This document shows positions 12,995-24,965 of a DNA stretch of 64,000 nt, piece by piece. The stretch lies in the NCBI GenBank assembly GCA_051362555.1, contig CM120643.1:12002644-12066643 (forward strand), written 5' to 3'. Position 1 is the stretch's first letter, and the number at the start of each line of letters is the position of its first letter. The position numbers were made by a program, and so were the translations under genes. Source of the DNA: Lingula anatina (Eukaryota; Animalia; Brachiopoda). The notes below the pieces were generated by a model. That model saw only the letters and a program-made list of their open reading frames with translations. It had not been told where the DNA came from and made no database searches.

Positions 12995-15132
12995 ATGTTA
13001 CCAGGAATAGCAGTGTTTGGGACTGGCTCCACTATACAGTGCTTGGTACCTGTACTGAAGGCTTGTGATTTCAAGGTAAATATATCGGGGTGGGGGTGGG
13101 GATTCCATACCAACTCCTCCAGCAAGGGCACCCTCCGTCAAGAAACTTGTTGATTTTCACATTTTTTATTTAAAATATTATAGGGACTAGGAAAATGCAA
13201 ACTTTTAGTTTTAAATCTGAATTGATTTTAGACTTATGACAATCCAAAGTTGTACCTAGTATAGGACTTGACTGTTTTATCAGAAATATTCCCTTTTGCC
13301 ATTGCTGAAATATCTTTTATAGCATAGTGCAGTAGCTAGCCCCTCATGCCATCCAATATTTTGCATAATTAACTTTCCTTCAGTCCTATGAGCAAACAGG
13401 GAGATAAACGTTATTTTCATTATACCATTATTTCACCTGTGGTGACACCTAGTCAGGGTGCTGCACAGAATGTTTATCTATTAGACAAGTTTTTGGTGGA
13501 TAATGGCTTTAGAAAAATTTATGTTAAAACAAATAATTGAGCATATTTGGAGAGCGGGCCACTGTTCAGGTGCCTTGCAGTTATTAGAAGGGCTCTAGCA
13601 TTGGCTTTAATTAGTGAGTGTTTTTAGATGTTCACTGTAGTCTGACACATTTTGTGAAAAATCTCATTTCAGGTAGAAGCAATCTGGGGGCGTACAAGGA
13701 CAGAGGCTGACGAGGCAGCCAAAGTACTGGATATACCATTTAGTACTAACAAGGTGGATGAGGCTCTGTTGTGTAAGAATGTAGAGCTGGTAGTTATCAG
13801 CTGTTCTCCTCATCTCCAGTCCCCCATTGCTGTAAAGGCTTTAGGAATTGGTAAGGTTAATTAAAATATAGAAAGGAAAATAATAGTCCAAATTTCATTA
13901 AAAAAATAAAAAAAAAAAAAGAATTGTAAGTTTTATTTTCAGCCTTTAAGATGGGGTATAATATTTACCAAGGATGCACATAATTATGCCAGCCTATTAT
14001 TGAATTCGGTTATTTCTATCAGTAATTGTAACATTTGCTCTGTTCATGACATATAGAACAGGAAATAGATAATAATTTAACAGAAAAGTTTGTTGGTTGA
14101 AAAAAATGCTTTCTTTCCAGCTGTATACAGTAATATAGAACTCATGTTAGACAGGTAGAGTATTATTCCAGATGTTGTTATAAATGTGTTCTGAAGCATC
14201 TTTCAATCTCTCCAGGTAAACATGTCCTGTGCTGTCCTCCTGCGGGTCTCAGTCAGCTACAAACCTACAAGATGGTCACAGCGGCCTGTTACTATCCCTC
14301 ACTCATGGCTATAGTGGGGTACGGGCTACGATTTCTCCCTGCTCTTCAGAAAGCCAGGCAGTACATTGACGAGGGCTCCATTGGGGCTTTGACTGTCATC
14401 GAGGCACGGGTGCAGTGTGGGAGTTTATTAAACGAGAAATACGATTGGATGTGTGAAGAAGGCATGGGGGGAGGTGTGTTGAATACGTATGGTGGAGCTC
14501 TCATTGATTTGGTGACTTACCTCACACATCAGAAGGCAGAACATGTGAATGGAATGCTGAAGACTTATGTTGATAGGACTGCTGGGATACAGGGGGTACG
14601 GCAGATCACTAGCGATGATTTCTGCTCCTTTCAGATGGAGCTCAGTAATGGCGTCTCGGTCAGTATCAGCTTAAATTCCCACCTGCCCGGGACTTTCGTC
14701 CACGAGGTGTTGGTGTGTGGGACGGAGGGGAGGTTGGTGGTGAACGGATCCACTTTGCAGTTATTTAATAATAAAAGTGACAGAGGGGAAATCATCACAC
14801 CTGAAAAACGGGAAATCATAAGTGAACCCATGCTGCGATTGCTGTTGAAAAACACCGACATTTCTGCTCCGTTTTTGGAAGGGCTTACTCAGCTGGTGGG
14901 TGTATTGCGTGATGCGTGTGCACGCACAGCAGACCGCCATGCGTGGTTGGAAGAGCCCGTTCATAGAGCAGCAACTTTTGAGGATGCATTATATGTCCAG
15001 ACAGTAATCGATGCTATTCGCCAGTCTAGCAGGACACATGAGTGGGTGAAGGTCAAGGTCATGACAGAGGAGCCAGAGCCTAATCCACACCTTTCATCAG
15101 CTGTCCGAAGAAGTACATTTTCAGCATACTAA
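12995..15132 (+). CDS. GFOD1: Glucose-fructose oxidoreductase domain-containing protein 1/2 (Gfo/Idh/MocA family), about 391 aa
   Basis: Exons 12995-13075 (MLPGIAVFGTG), 13673-13850 (VEAIWGRT...IAVKALGI) and 14216-15132 (GKHVLC...YYPSLM..LRFLPA..GIRQITSDDFCSFQM..AATFEDALY..MTEEPE). Splice phases are consistent (1176 nt) and the motifs match vertebrate GFOD1 as I recall it. A probable 5' UTR intron spans about 12437-12885. Confidence 0.95.
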
Positions 15133-15671
15133 ATTCTTTTGCAGTCTTGTGAGAAATATACTGTTAATGAATAATAATTACTTGATAAAAACTGAGACCA
15201 ACATGCAGCTCTACAAAATTTGGATTAATTTTAATGAATTATTGAAAATTGTAATGTGTACTAGTATTTAATGTAGCTGCCCTTGAACATTAAGTAATAT
15301 TCTAGAGTGTAGTAATTCTCATTCCATGTAAACGAGAAATCCGATTTTTTTATTATTTGACTCATAAAGTGTAATTGTTGTTACTGAATGAAACATATAG
15401 GTGCATTGGATTATTTTGTGCATCAAATAAATGTTATTGTGTTTCTTAATGGTTCTGTGTTGCAAATAATGCCTTGTTGAGAAAATTGCACTTTGTGTTT
15501 GCCGCAGGCCTAGTCCCGAATTTAGGCAGATTCCAATTTCGCTTAGGCCCAGTCCAAAAAGAGCATAATGCAACAGCATATTTACTGAATAACTTCATAT
15601 GTTTACCAATTAACAGGTCTTGAATTGGAATAGGGTCCACATTTTTATCCTTGACCACAAAGACAAAAAAA

Positions 15672-16925
15672 AAACAAGGCAGCAAAGCTGTCAAATGTAC
15701 AGACAAAAAACAGAAAATAAAGATGCAAAATAGGTCATTTTGTCAATTTTGATGCAATAATAAATAATGCTTATAATAGCACTGTCAGTCAACACTGAAT
15801 TTTAATCATGCACAACAGGTAACATGGTCAATAACAGGAGTGGACCCAGAGATATTGCAAAATTTACCTGCATAATTATCACTGCTTCCTTATTATTAAT
15901 CTAGCAGACTGGCTTAATCTTTGGGAGTTTACAGGGAAATATCATCAACTGTGCTTTATGTAATCTCATTTAATAACCTATTAATTAGGCAAATGACTTT
16001 ATAACTCTGAACTTAGCTTAGTGATACCCAAGGGAAATTTACAGACTGACCCTCTCAAAGGTCTTTCAGGCCCATAAGTCACATCTTAAGAAAAGCACAA
16101 AGTAATAATGCACAAAATAGGATGCTGTCAATTCTGATGCAATAATATATTACGCTCCGTAACTGCAAAGTCAACATCAAATTTAAATTATGCAAAACAG
16201 GTAATACCGATGAAAGTAAAAGCAGGCCCATGAGAGTTCAAGTTCATACTTAGAAAATGCCAGAATGAGAAAAATGAGAATTTCACAAAAAGTTGCGTTA
16301 ATTCAATAAAAAATGATAATCCAATAGAGCTGGTTTTCTTATTTGAGCTGTATGTCAATCCTAAGAACCATTCTTTTAAGCTAAAAAAAATAATAAGTAA
16401 CACAGTTTGCTTTTTATCATAACGTTTGTGATGACAGTGAACGAAGTTGGCTTTTTGTCAATTTTGATGCAATATTACATAATGATTAACTATAATTACC
16501 ACCATTTATTTTTATTAATAACGTGGTCATTTAGAAAATTTGATTACCACTGGGCTTCATGACCATGGGAGTTCCAAGTCCCACATTGAAAATGCCAATA
16601 TATGAAAGATAACAACTTCACAAACATGTACAACAGAAAAAGAAACCAATTAGATTGCTTTTCCAACACAGGCTGCATTTTAGACCTGTGTTTCTTTCCT
16701 GTAAGTTTTAAGAAGAGTAAGTAACATGCTTTTTCTTTAATGGTCACTATAAAAGCAGTGTCCAAAATAGAGGTTTCTTCATTTTCGTTGCGATATTACA
16801 TAATGCATAATGACCATCAATTTTAATAATGAAATAAAATTATCATGGATATTCAGACTAGCAAAGGTCTTCAAACCCATGGAAGTTCAAAGTCACACCT
16901 TGAAAATGTCGATATGTGAAAAATT
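15672..16925 (+). mobile_element. Partial copy (5' part) of a Helentron-type non-autonomous element (HINE-like)
   Basis: Starts AAACAAGGCAGCAAAGCTGTCAAATGTACAGACA, as at 48239. Internal blocks are colinear with 39640-40310, 42570-42960 and 43730-43850. Confidence 0.8.
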
Positions 16926-18199
16926 CAAGGATGAGTGCAGATAACCATTGGCAAAGTGCCCATCGTCAAATTTTTAAAATAATTTGCTATTATAAAGTTT
17001 ATGCATATATTTGTTGTGTGAAAAAATATTATTTGGTTTGAGGCATCGTTTGAGGCATCGTATTTTTAATGAGTAATATGAGTAGATTTACCTGTTGTAT
17101 GCAGTCTAATATGAATCAGAGCAAGTTATTTCAGCATATATATTGCATAAATAATTTTTTCTAATGAAACTTGTCTTGTGGTGAAAAAAAGAGTTATATG
17201 TTAAATAATTGCGATGTGGCACAAGTAAATGGGAAAGTAATTGTTTTTTTTGTTTGTTTGTTTGTTTTTTTTAATCCTAGAGAAGAGAGGGAGGGGTGGT
17301 GTATTACAATATTTTCTCACAGAAACCATCACTGATTTCACTTAACTGTATAAAAGTCTTGTAACTAGAAAAACTTGTATCAGCGTATTTATTAATTTTA
17401 TATAACTTTTCTCACAGACCAGCATTTGTTGGTCTAAATAATTATATTGTTAACCAATACACATTTTGTACAAAGCCCTATAGAATAGTAAAAAATGCTA
17501 AAAGCAAAAGGCTGTTACAGTAACACAAAAAAATCATGTGTTAAAGCACTCTAAACACCTATTTGGAATGTTTCCATTAACCATACAATAAACAAGGTAT
17601 AAATTGTACCAAAATAATGATAAGGTAAAAGTAAAAACTAAATAAAAATATAGTACACATAATAACAGTAATGGCCAATAATCTGTATGACAATGAAAAT
17701 AAATCACCTAAAAAGTACTTCATATATGATAATGTATGTGATAAAGACCTTGTATAGAAAGCAATGCAAGAGTTGTTTTATACAAAATATATAAATATGA
17801 GAATAAAAAATGTATAATAAACAATAGATAATTAATCAGATGTGCTGTCTGAAACACTTTCTGCCTCGCTAATACTCTCACCACTTGATGTTGGTAAATG
17901 CAAGAAGTTATAATGAGACTCTTTATAACTTCTTGGTAAATGTGAGGCATCCTACCTCCCCCCCCCCCCACGCACACACACACAAACACACACGCGAAAG
18001 TTTTTTTAAACTATGCCAGTTCTGAACTGTGAATAGGGGAACTATGGGTCGCTGCATGCCATCTTCTTTCAAGCAAATCAAAGAAATGTTAAAATATTTA
18101 AGCAATTATAAATAGTAACTAAAACATTTTAATTTAAAAATCACACCAAGCATATTATCTTTTCGTTATCCTTTCTCCTTGCAAAATCAAAGCAACCAA

Positions 18200-20463
18200 A
18201 AAAAACTGGACAACTCCACATAAATATTAATAGCAAAAATGTATTATCACTTTATCTTTATTGTCATCATCTGTGAAACAAGATATGAAAGTTTCTTCAA
18301 AGTGCATTGTGGATCAGTGTATATTGTGGATAAGTGTTCCAGTGTACGCGGACAAGGTCGTTCAATGACGGCCTGAGGCAGGTTAGTAAACTTCAAGTTG
18401 ATATCATGTCAACAAGATGCAAGGACACTGTCAATCACAATTAGGGGAGAGGCATGCGTGGTTTCCCTTCAAAAACTATTATAGCCTAACATTGATTCTT
18501 CCCTCCGAAGTAATTGTGTGATTTTTTTTCTTTTTAAACAAAAAAGTTAAGGTATGAAAACGCTGAATGTATTTCAAACGTAGGTGTATATACAATACAA
18601 ATAATGAAATCTGTGTCTCACTCTCACACGACACCCCCGCGTCCAAACTGACAGGATGGTGGCGACAGCAACGCCCCCAGTCGACAATCTAAGATTGGAA
18701 GTCTATGAGCGATAGACTAATTAATGCCAAATTTCCGCATGACATCGATTTATAGACTCCCGGGAATTATTTTCCCTCAACGCTCTTTGTCGCGCTGGCG
18801 GTCAATGCAGCATTTATTTCAAAACAAGTTGACCGCAAATTAAGCACGATTTTGCACCTTCAAGTTCCGTGTCACGTTTTCATATCATGCATCTTTTATT
18901 TCTACAAGTATTCTCTGCCCAAAATGCAAAAAAAAAAAAGAGAGTTATCTTACCAGGTTGTTTAGAAAACTTCTTTTTCCTCCGACTACACGTCTTCTCT
19001 CCCGTTCACCTCCAGGTTAAAATGACCACTCAGCTTCGCTTCTAACACCACTACACGTCACTTCCGGGCACAATCAGTCTTCTCCGATTCCCTTTATTAA
19101 CACACGTAGGAACTGCAAGTCTTCAAAATGGTTGAATAAGTTTAAATCAGTGAAAAGGGATCCAAAAAATATTTTTTCATTTTAATACTTATCATTCATC
19201 AGCTTTTGCATTTTCCATCTATTTTATCTCAGCTGCTTATGATAAGTGTTTAAATCATCAATTAATTCTCGTAAAATATAAATAGTTTAAGTCATGAATA
19301 ATCCTTAGATATACACCCAATGCATATTTTCAAAGATGCCAGTGTGTTATTGTGATATTATACAAGTTGTTATTATTTTAACAAAAGTTAAAAGAAAATG
19401 ATAAAAAAAAACACCAGACTAAGATATGGGTCCCGTGACAATCTTCCTTCTACAATTTAAGTGTGAATTACTAGTAACTATGAAAACAGGAACTCACAAA
19501 CAATATTACAATCACCATTTACCGAATCTGTATTAATTATTACTTTCAACCTTAAAACATTTAAGTCAACCATGAAACAATCTATAAGAGAATTGAATTG
19601 TGTTAATGGTATGGCAACTCCTGAGAACATCTTCAGTTATAATATAATAGCAGTGTTCCAAAACCACGATGCATATTAAATACAGGCTTGCTTAAATCTT
19701 AAACGGAAAGGAAGTATTATCAAGTGTTGCACCTGCTCAGCAAAGCTGCAAATTTTATTTTGCAGCATCACAATTTCACTAGCACAAATCAGTAATAATT
19801 GTTAGTATATTTGTAACATATTTAATATTCGTCGTTTGCCTCTAATCTTCGCTAAACATTATTAAAATATTACCACACATATTTAATATAAATGTATGCA
19901 TATTTGTAATAACTAAATTTTGTCATTTGCTACGGGAATGGGGGGGGGGTCTTAAAAATAAAAATTTTGGGCCGCAATTCCCACAGCAAATATGAAGGAG
20001 TACCAGTAGATAAGGCCGGTGCCATGAAACTGAGGGTCCGTGTGACAGAAAGTCCGTCCTCCATATAGTTAGGGTTAGTTTGACCTAAGTAGGTCAAAAT
20101 CTAGGGCTAGGCTCACTTGTACAAATGAATGGGAAGCGGACTCTCTGTCATGGGGGACTTTCTGGTACATGTCACCGGTGATGGCACAGAAATGGGAAAA
20201 TTCTTGGTTTTGTCTAGTTTTGCTTGCATTATACATTTATATAAAATCTGATTCTCAAAATAAATGCAATCGGCAAGTATTATGCTACAGGGATGGGAGT
20301 GAGGTGTTCTTAAGAATAAAAAAATTGGGCCTTAATTCCCTCAGCAAATATAAAATAGTGCCAGTAGATAAGGACAATAATGGCACAAGGATGGAAAAAA
20401 TCTTGGTTTTGTCTAGTTTTGCTTGCTATATGCATTTATATAAAAAATTGGGCCTCAATTCCC

Positions 20464-20500
<37 letters not shown>

Positions 20501-20995
20501 GTGCCAGTAGATAAGGATAACAATGGCACAGGAATGGGAAAAAACTAGTTTTTTCTCGTTTTACTTGTGTTATAGTCAAGATCATATACATTTATACACA
20601 ATGTACCCCTTCGTTAACATTAAGAGGTGTTGGGTTCTTAAATCTACAGTGGGATTTATTTAAGTAAGATAGTTACTTCTCTAATTTGACTCAGGAAAGT
20701 CTAGGTAACTTAAAGGCATCGCGTATTGCGAACGGCGATATCACATAGAGGCTACAGTGTATTACATGGGGCGAGCATGGGCAAGTAATGGAATCGAGAC
20801 GCTTGCGCTCGGTCGCAATGCGCGCTGCTTTCGAGTTACGGGGCCCGGGAGAGAAAAGTAACGCAGCACCACAGCTTTGTATCCAAAAACCAAAATTCAA
20901 CTCATTACCTGGACATCGGCTAGTTTTATGGAAGAAATTGGAGTGACAGAAATAGTGACAGAGATTGTAAAAGTTTAAGTGAGAGGCGAAAGAGG
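18200..20995 (-). ncRNA. Candidate spliced 5'TOP non-coding gene (snoRNA-host-like)
   Basis: TCT/TOP start CCTCTTTCGCCTCTC at 20995; exon 1 ends at 20909|GTAATG; exon 2 is ttgcag|19112-18954|GTAAGA; last exon begins tttcacag|18270 and is followed by AATAAA. The spliced product encodes only tiny peptides such as MSSSYVC*. The 3' end is approximate. Confidence 0.5.
19962..20570. repeat. Three degenerate direct repeats of about 120-170 bp; the first is interrupted by the short element at 20015-20178
   Basis: The motif GGGCC..AATTCCC.CAGCAAA...CCAGTAGATAAGG...ATGGCACA...GGTTTTGTCTAGTTTTGCTTG recurs at about 19968, 20326 and 20450. Confidence 0.75.
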
Positions 20996-21359
20996 ACAAT
21001 TTCTACTAATGATTAAACGAGCATACATATGCGAGTCCATTTAAATTTATTTGCAAGTCTCGCTTTTTTTTAGTGATCTGTACACGACCACTTTTTTTAC
21101 AAAAAAAAAAAAAAAAAAAAAGAAAGAAAAAATTATAGAATATTTTTTATTCAACTATTATGTACAATTTTGAATATTTACAGTTGATTTAAAAAGGACT
21201 AATAATCAGTAATGAACTACGTAAACGCAATGAATTAATACATAGCAGTATTATCAAAAGTTTTAGGATTTTCCATCGTCTTCATCTAGCGTCGGAACGC
21301 ACACAGTCCGATAATGCAGGTCTTGTGGTCGGAAACTGGTACCAGATGCTCTCGGGCCG

Positions 21360-21412
21360 TGGGGAAAAACCCGTCTAAACCCTTCGTGGGGAATGCCGGG
21401 AAAGTGCCCACG
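21360..21412. promoter_or_regulatory. Cluster of three NF-kB/Rel-like sites
   Basis: GGGGAAAAACCC, GGGGAATGCC and GGGAAAGTGCCC within about 50 bp of a CpG-rich island, about 370 bp upstream of the TOP start. Confidence 0.35.
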
Positions 21413-23699
21413 CCCGGATAATTCGGTCCTTATAACATGACGAAATCAGTTTCTGTTGGCACGGCGCTGCGTACAGTTCAACAATCGTCCCGTTTTAGAC
21501 AGCATTGTGTGACGGAATAACCTTTGTGTTGACTAACTATTCTCTATATATACTATACACGAGGTGAAGCATAAAAACTTATTAAAGTAATTCTTACAGA
21601 AAAAGGCACTGAAGCCAATAAAAAACTAACAAGAGACATAACAATTAAACAGAATCATTTTGACTTTATCTTGGAGAATTAAAACCATAAAAAAAGTTAA
21701 TCATTTTACAACTGCAAGCATCTTTCAAAACTTGATTATAGTTCTCTTTATGATAAAATGCAACAGATTCAAGTAATATGATTATAACTCGGGAATATCA
21801 ATGATTTCAACTAAACTTTGATATATAATTCTACTTAAAATACCAGGTTTCTAAAATGTAACTTTGCACTGAAATCGCAACTACCTGCATGATACAAGTA
21901 CAGAATAAAGCAAGCTTGCTTTAAAATATTTCGGATCTCACATTACACTGTATGACCGCCCATGTAAATTTCAATCTGAATTTTTTTGATCCGGAGAAAA
22001 GGTGCATATGTGATGAAGTGGATGTATTTGTCAAGTATAACACTTGAGAAAATCTGAATATTAGTAATGTGATCTCTATCTTGAGAGATGACAGCATCTC
22101 TCAAGAAGAGCAGACTGTACAAAAAATATAATGAAATATTTTCTCACACGTAAAATATTTCATTACAGATTTTGCACAATCTATCAATGTAAAATCTCTT
22201 CATGTAAAAGCGTTTACATGAAGTCAGATTTTACAAAGATGTGAGGGTTTGTTAGTAAGGTTAGTGTGCAGGTTAAGACCTTTTCAAATGCCATACTGAC
22301 AAACAACTCCACATCATCAAAAGCACAAATTTGAAAAATGACCATCTCAGATTGAAACAAAACACAGACGACAACAAGTGGTGGGAATGTTTTTGTGAGC
22401 AAAAAACTATCTGCATTCAGAATGTGGATAAAGCAACTCTATATTCAAATTTATTAATATAATAATTATAGCAACTATAGAGGTAGACTTTTCCTACAGA
22501 AGCACACATCTTATTCAATTGATCTTGTATGGAATGAAGAATTATCTTGAACCTCAGTTTTCTCTTCTGTTATTGAAATAAAATGGTTCACTGCATAAGG
22601 CATAAAATACAAATGAAATTTGATGCAATTTCACCTTGACATGTTTGTGACCCATGAACCCCAAATATTCTCAGCATCCAAAAGACTGATACATTATTAG
22701 ACTGTATTCCCACTACATTCAGTACTGTATATTGCCTTCATTACCATTCCACATTCTTTATATTTGTTTGCAGAACAAGCCGTGTCCTTCAACACCAAAA
22801 CTCGTGGGATGTCCGAGCATCCATGAAAGTGTCCACAGGGCTCCTTGCTAACGCTGTACAGTGTTCAACATCTTGGACATTTGGTCTTGGGTCGACGTTA
22901 TCTGACATCATGCAGGCGTAATTATTGGAAAACTCCCAATTCGTAGCCTACAAAAGAAATCCAACTTTTACTCAAAAGTATGAAAAGCTATATCGTAAGC
23001 TTGCAGTAACTGCAACAAAGAAAGTATATCACTGGTATTTACACACCGTTAACATTAATGAAAAGCTTGGTTCTTAAAATGATCAGAGCGTTATTTCCAA
23101 ATGTACAGTGAAATATGCTTCCTTTATTGAAATATACATATTAACTTTTTAGAGTAAGTAGACAGCAGTCTTCAAAAAAATAAATTATTTCAAACATTTG
23201 ACAAAAAAGTAAGAAAAGATGTTGCTATATTGAATATTGTAATGTTAGCCTACATGTTAAATTGTTGACTGTGTGCTACTTCTAATTCTACTGTTTGTTT
23301 ACATAGGATATAGTTTTTGATCACTGTCAATAATAAGAAATGCCATAATACACCAATAATAATACTTAAAAAATTCAGAACCACTTTTCTTCAGTTGTTG
23401 ATCCCCAAAAACTTACAAAGTTATCTGTATAAAGATCCCTCAATCCTGAAGAAGTGTTTCATCTGGAGGTTTGGTAGTTGCAATCTTCATTTTTAGAATC
23501 CACCACTTTTGGTAGCCTGCAAATTTAAATTATTACTTCAAAATGTAATAAAAGTCAACCATTTGTATATGAAATGTGTTTTTAAAGTTTCAGCAGTTTG
23601 ATGGGAAATAAATATAAAAAGCACTTTTGTCACAAACTTGGAAAAAACATTCAAGCGAAATATTTTGACATGCCACTGGCGACCTTCAGACTTAATGTC

Positions 23700-24965
23700 A
23701 CAATGGGGTATTGCACAAATTAGTTTTAACGAAGGAAAAGGAACACTAACAGCATTTAAACGACTCTACTCAAAGACAAGTATAAGTAAAGCCTGAACAA
23801 TCTAGACCCAGCGGGAGGAGTGTACTAGTATTCCATCAAGTGTTTAATTTGTGAAGGATTTATATGGGAGAGACAAAGAGAAAGTTGAACGTTAGAGTTA
23901 AAGAACACGGGAAGGAATAAGAAAGGGTACCCGAAGAGGGAAAAATACACTACAGCCCAAGGTAGCCTTCTGCTACAACGAACCATCACAAAAAAACATT
24001 GATTGGGAGAGTGCCAAAATTCTACAAAAAGAAAGTGACTGGAGAACAAGAGGCGTAAAGGGAGGCATATAAACCAGGAAAATGCCTAACAATCTGAACA
24101 ATATAGAGAGATGGAAATAAATACTCACTTCTACGGTGGCCTATTATTACCACAACCACAGCACTGGAGGTGGGGGTGGTAGCTGCTAGTATACAATTTC
24201 TGGACCAGTGACTACGTCCCGGAGTCACATTGGTGGTGGTGGGTGGTGGGGGCGGTAGCTCCAAGTAATCTGGACCACTGACCACGCCTCGGAGTCACAT
24301 TGTTGGTGGTGGGTGGTGGGGGCGGTAGCTCCAAGTAATCTGGACCACTGACCACGCCTCGGAGTCACATTGTTGGTGGTGGGTGGTGGGGGCGGTAGCT
24401 CCAAGTAATCTGGACCAGTGACCACGCCCCGGAGTCACATTGGTGGCGGTGGGTGGTGGGGGCCGTAGCTCCAAGTAATCTGGACCAGTGACCACGCCCC
24501 GGAGTCACATTGGTGGTGGTGGGTGGTGGGGGCGGTAGCTCCAAGTAATCTGGACCAGTGACCACGCCCCGGAGTCACATTGGTGGCGGTGGGTGGTGGG
24601 GGCCGTAGCTCCAAGTAATCTGGACCAGTGACCACGCCCCGGAGTCACATTGGTGGTGGTGGGTGGTGGGGGCGGTAGCTCCAAGTAATCTAGACCAGTG
24701 ACCACACCTCGGAGTCACATTGGTGGTGGTGGGTGGTGGGGGCGGTAGCTCCAGGTAATCTGGACCAGTGACCACACCTCGGAGTCACATTGGTGGTGGT
24801 GGGTGGTGGGGGCGGTAGTTCCAAGTAATCTGGACCAGTGACCACGCCCCGGAGTCACAATGGTGGTGGTGGGTGGTGGGGGCGGTAGCTCCAAGTGATC
24901 TGGACCATTGACAACGTCCTGCAGAATATTGAGACTGTTGAGGATCTGAAAGTTGACGAATGGCA
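23700..24965 (+). mobile_element. Penelope-like retroelement 3' remnant (GIY-YIG endonuclease, amplified tail, degenerate hammerhead)
   Basis: Degenerate translation of about 23815-24120 gives GGVY*YSIKCLICE..YMGETKRKLNVRVKEH...IDWESAKILQKESDWRTRGVK..A...RKMPNNLN..RDG, the PLE GIY-YIG domain. A hammerhead-like motif follows at 24905-24963. Confidence 0.8.
24155..24918. repeat. 70-bp G-rich minisatellite, 10 near-identical units plus 1 degenerate unit
   Basis: GGAGTCACA recurs every 70 bp from 24221 to 24851. Confidence 0.97.

Noticed and set aside
18200-18272. C/D snoRNA starting at ATGATGA (- strand)
   Set aside because: No CTGA D box within snoRNA distance; the motif directly follows a splice acceptor.
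20060-20085. Telomerase RNA template (TTAGGGTTAG)
   Set aside because: It lies inside a dispersed repeat that has a second copy at about 9270.
20598-20890. U17/SNORA73 identity of the intronic island
   Set aside because: The 5' part has superficial similarity, but the conserved AUAUUCCUA and AAACCAU motifs are missing.
21280-21540. RNase MRP/P RNA (GGAAAGTGCCC resembles the CR-I motif)
   Set aside because: No complementary P4 3' strand (GGGGCT-type) and no Pol III terminator in a suitable position.
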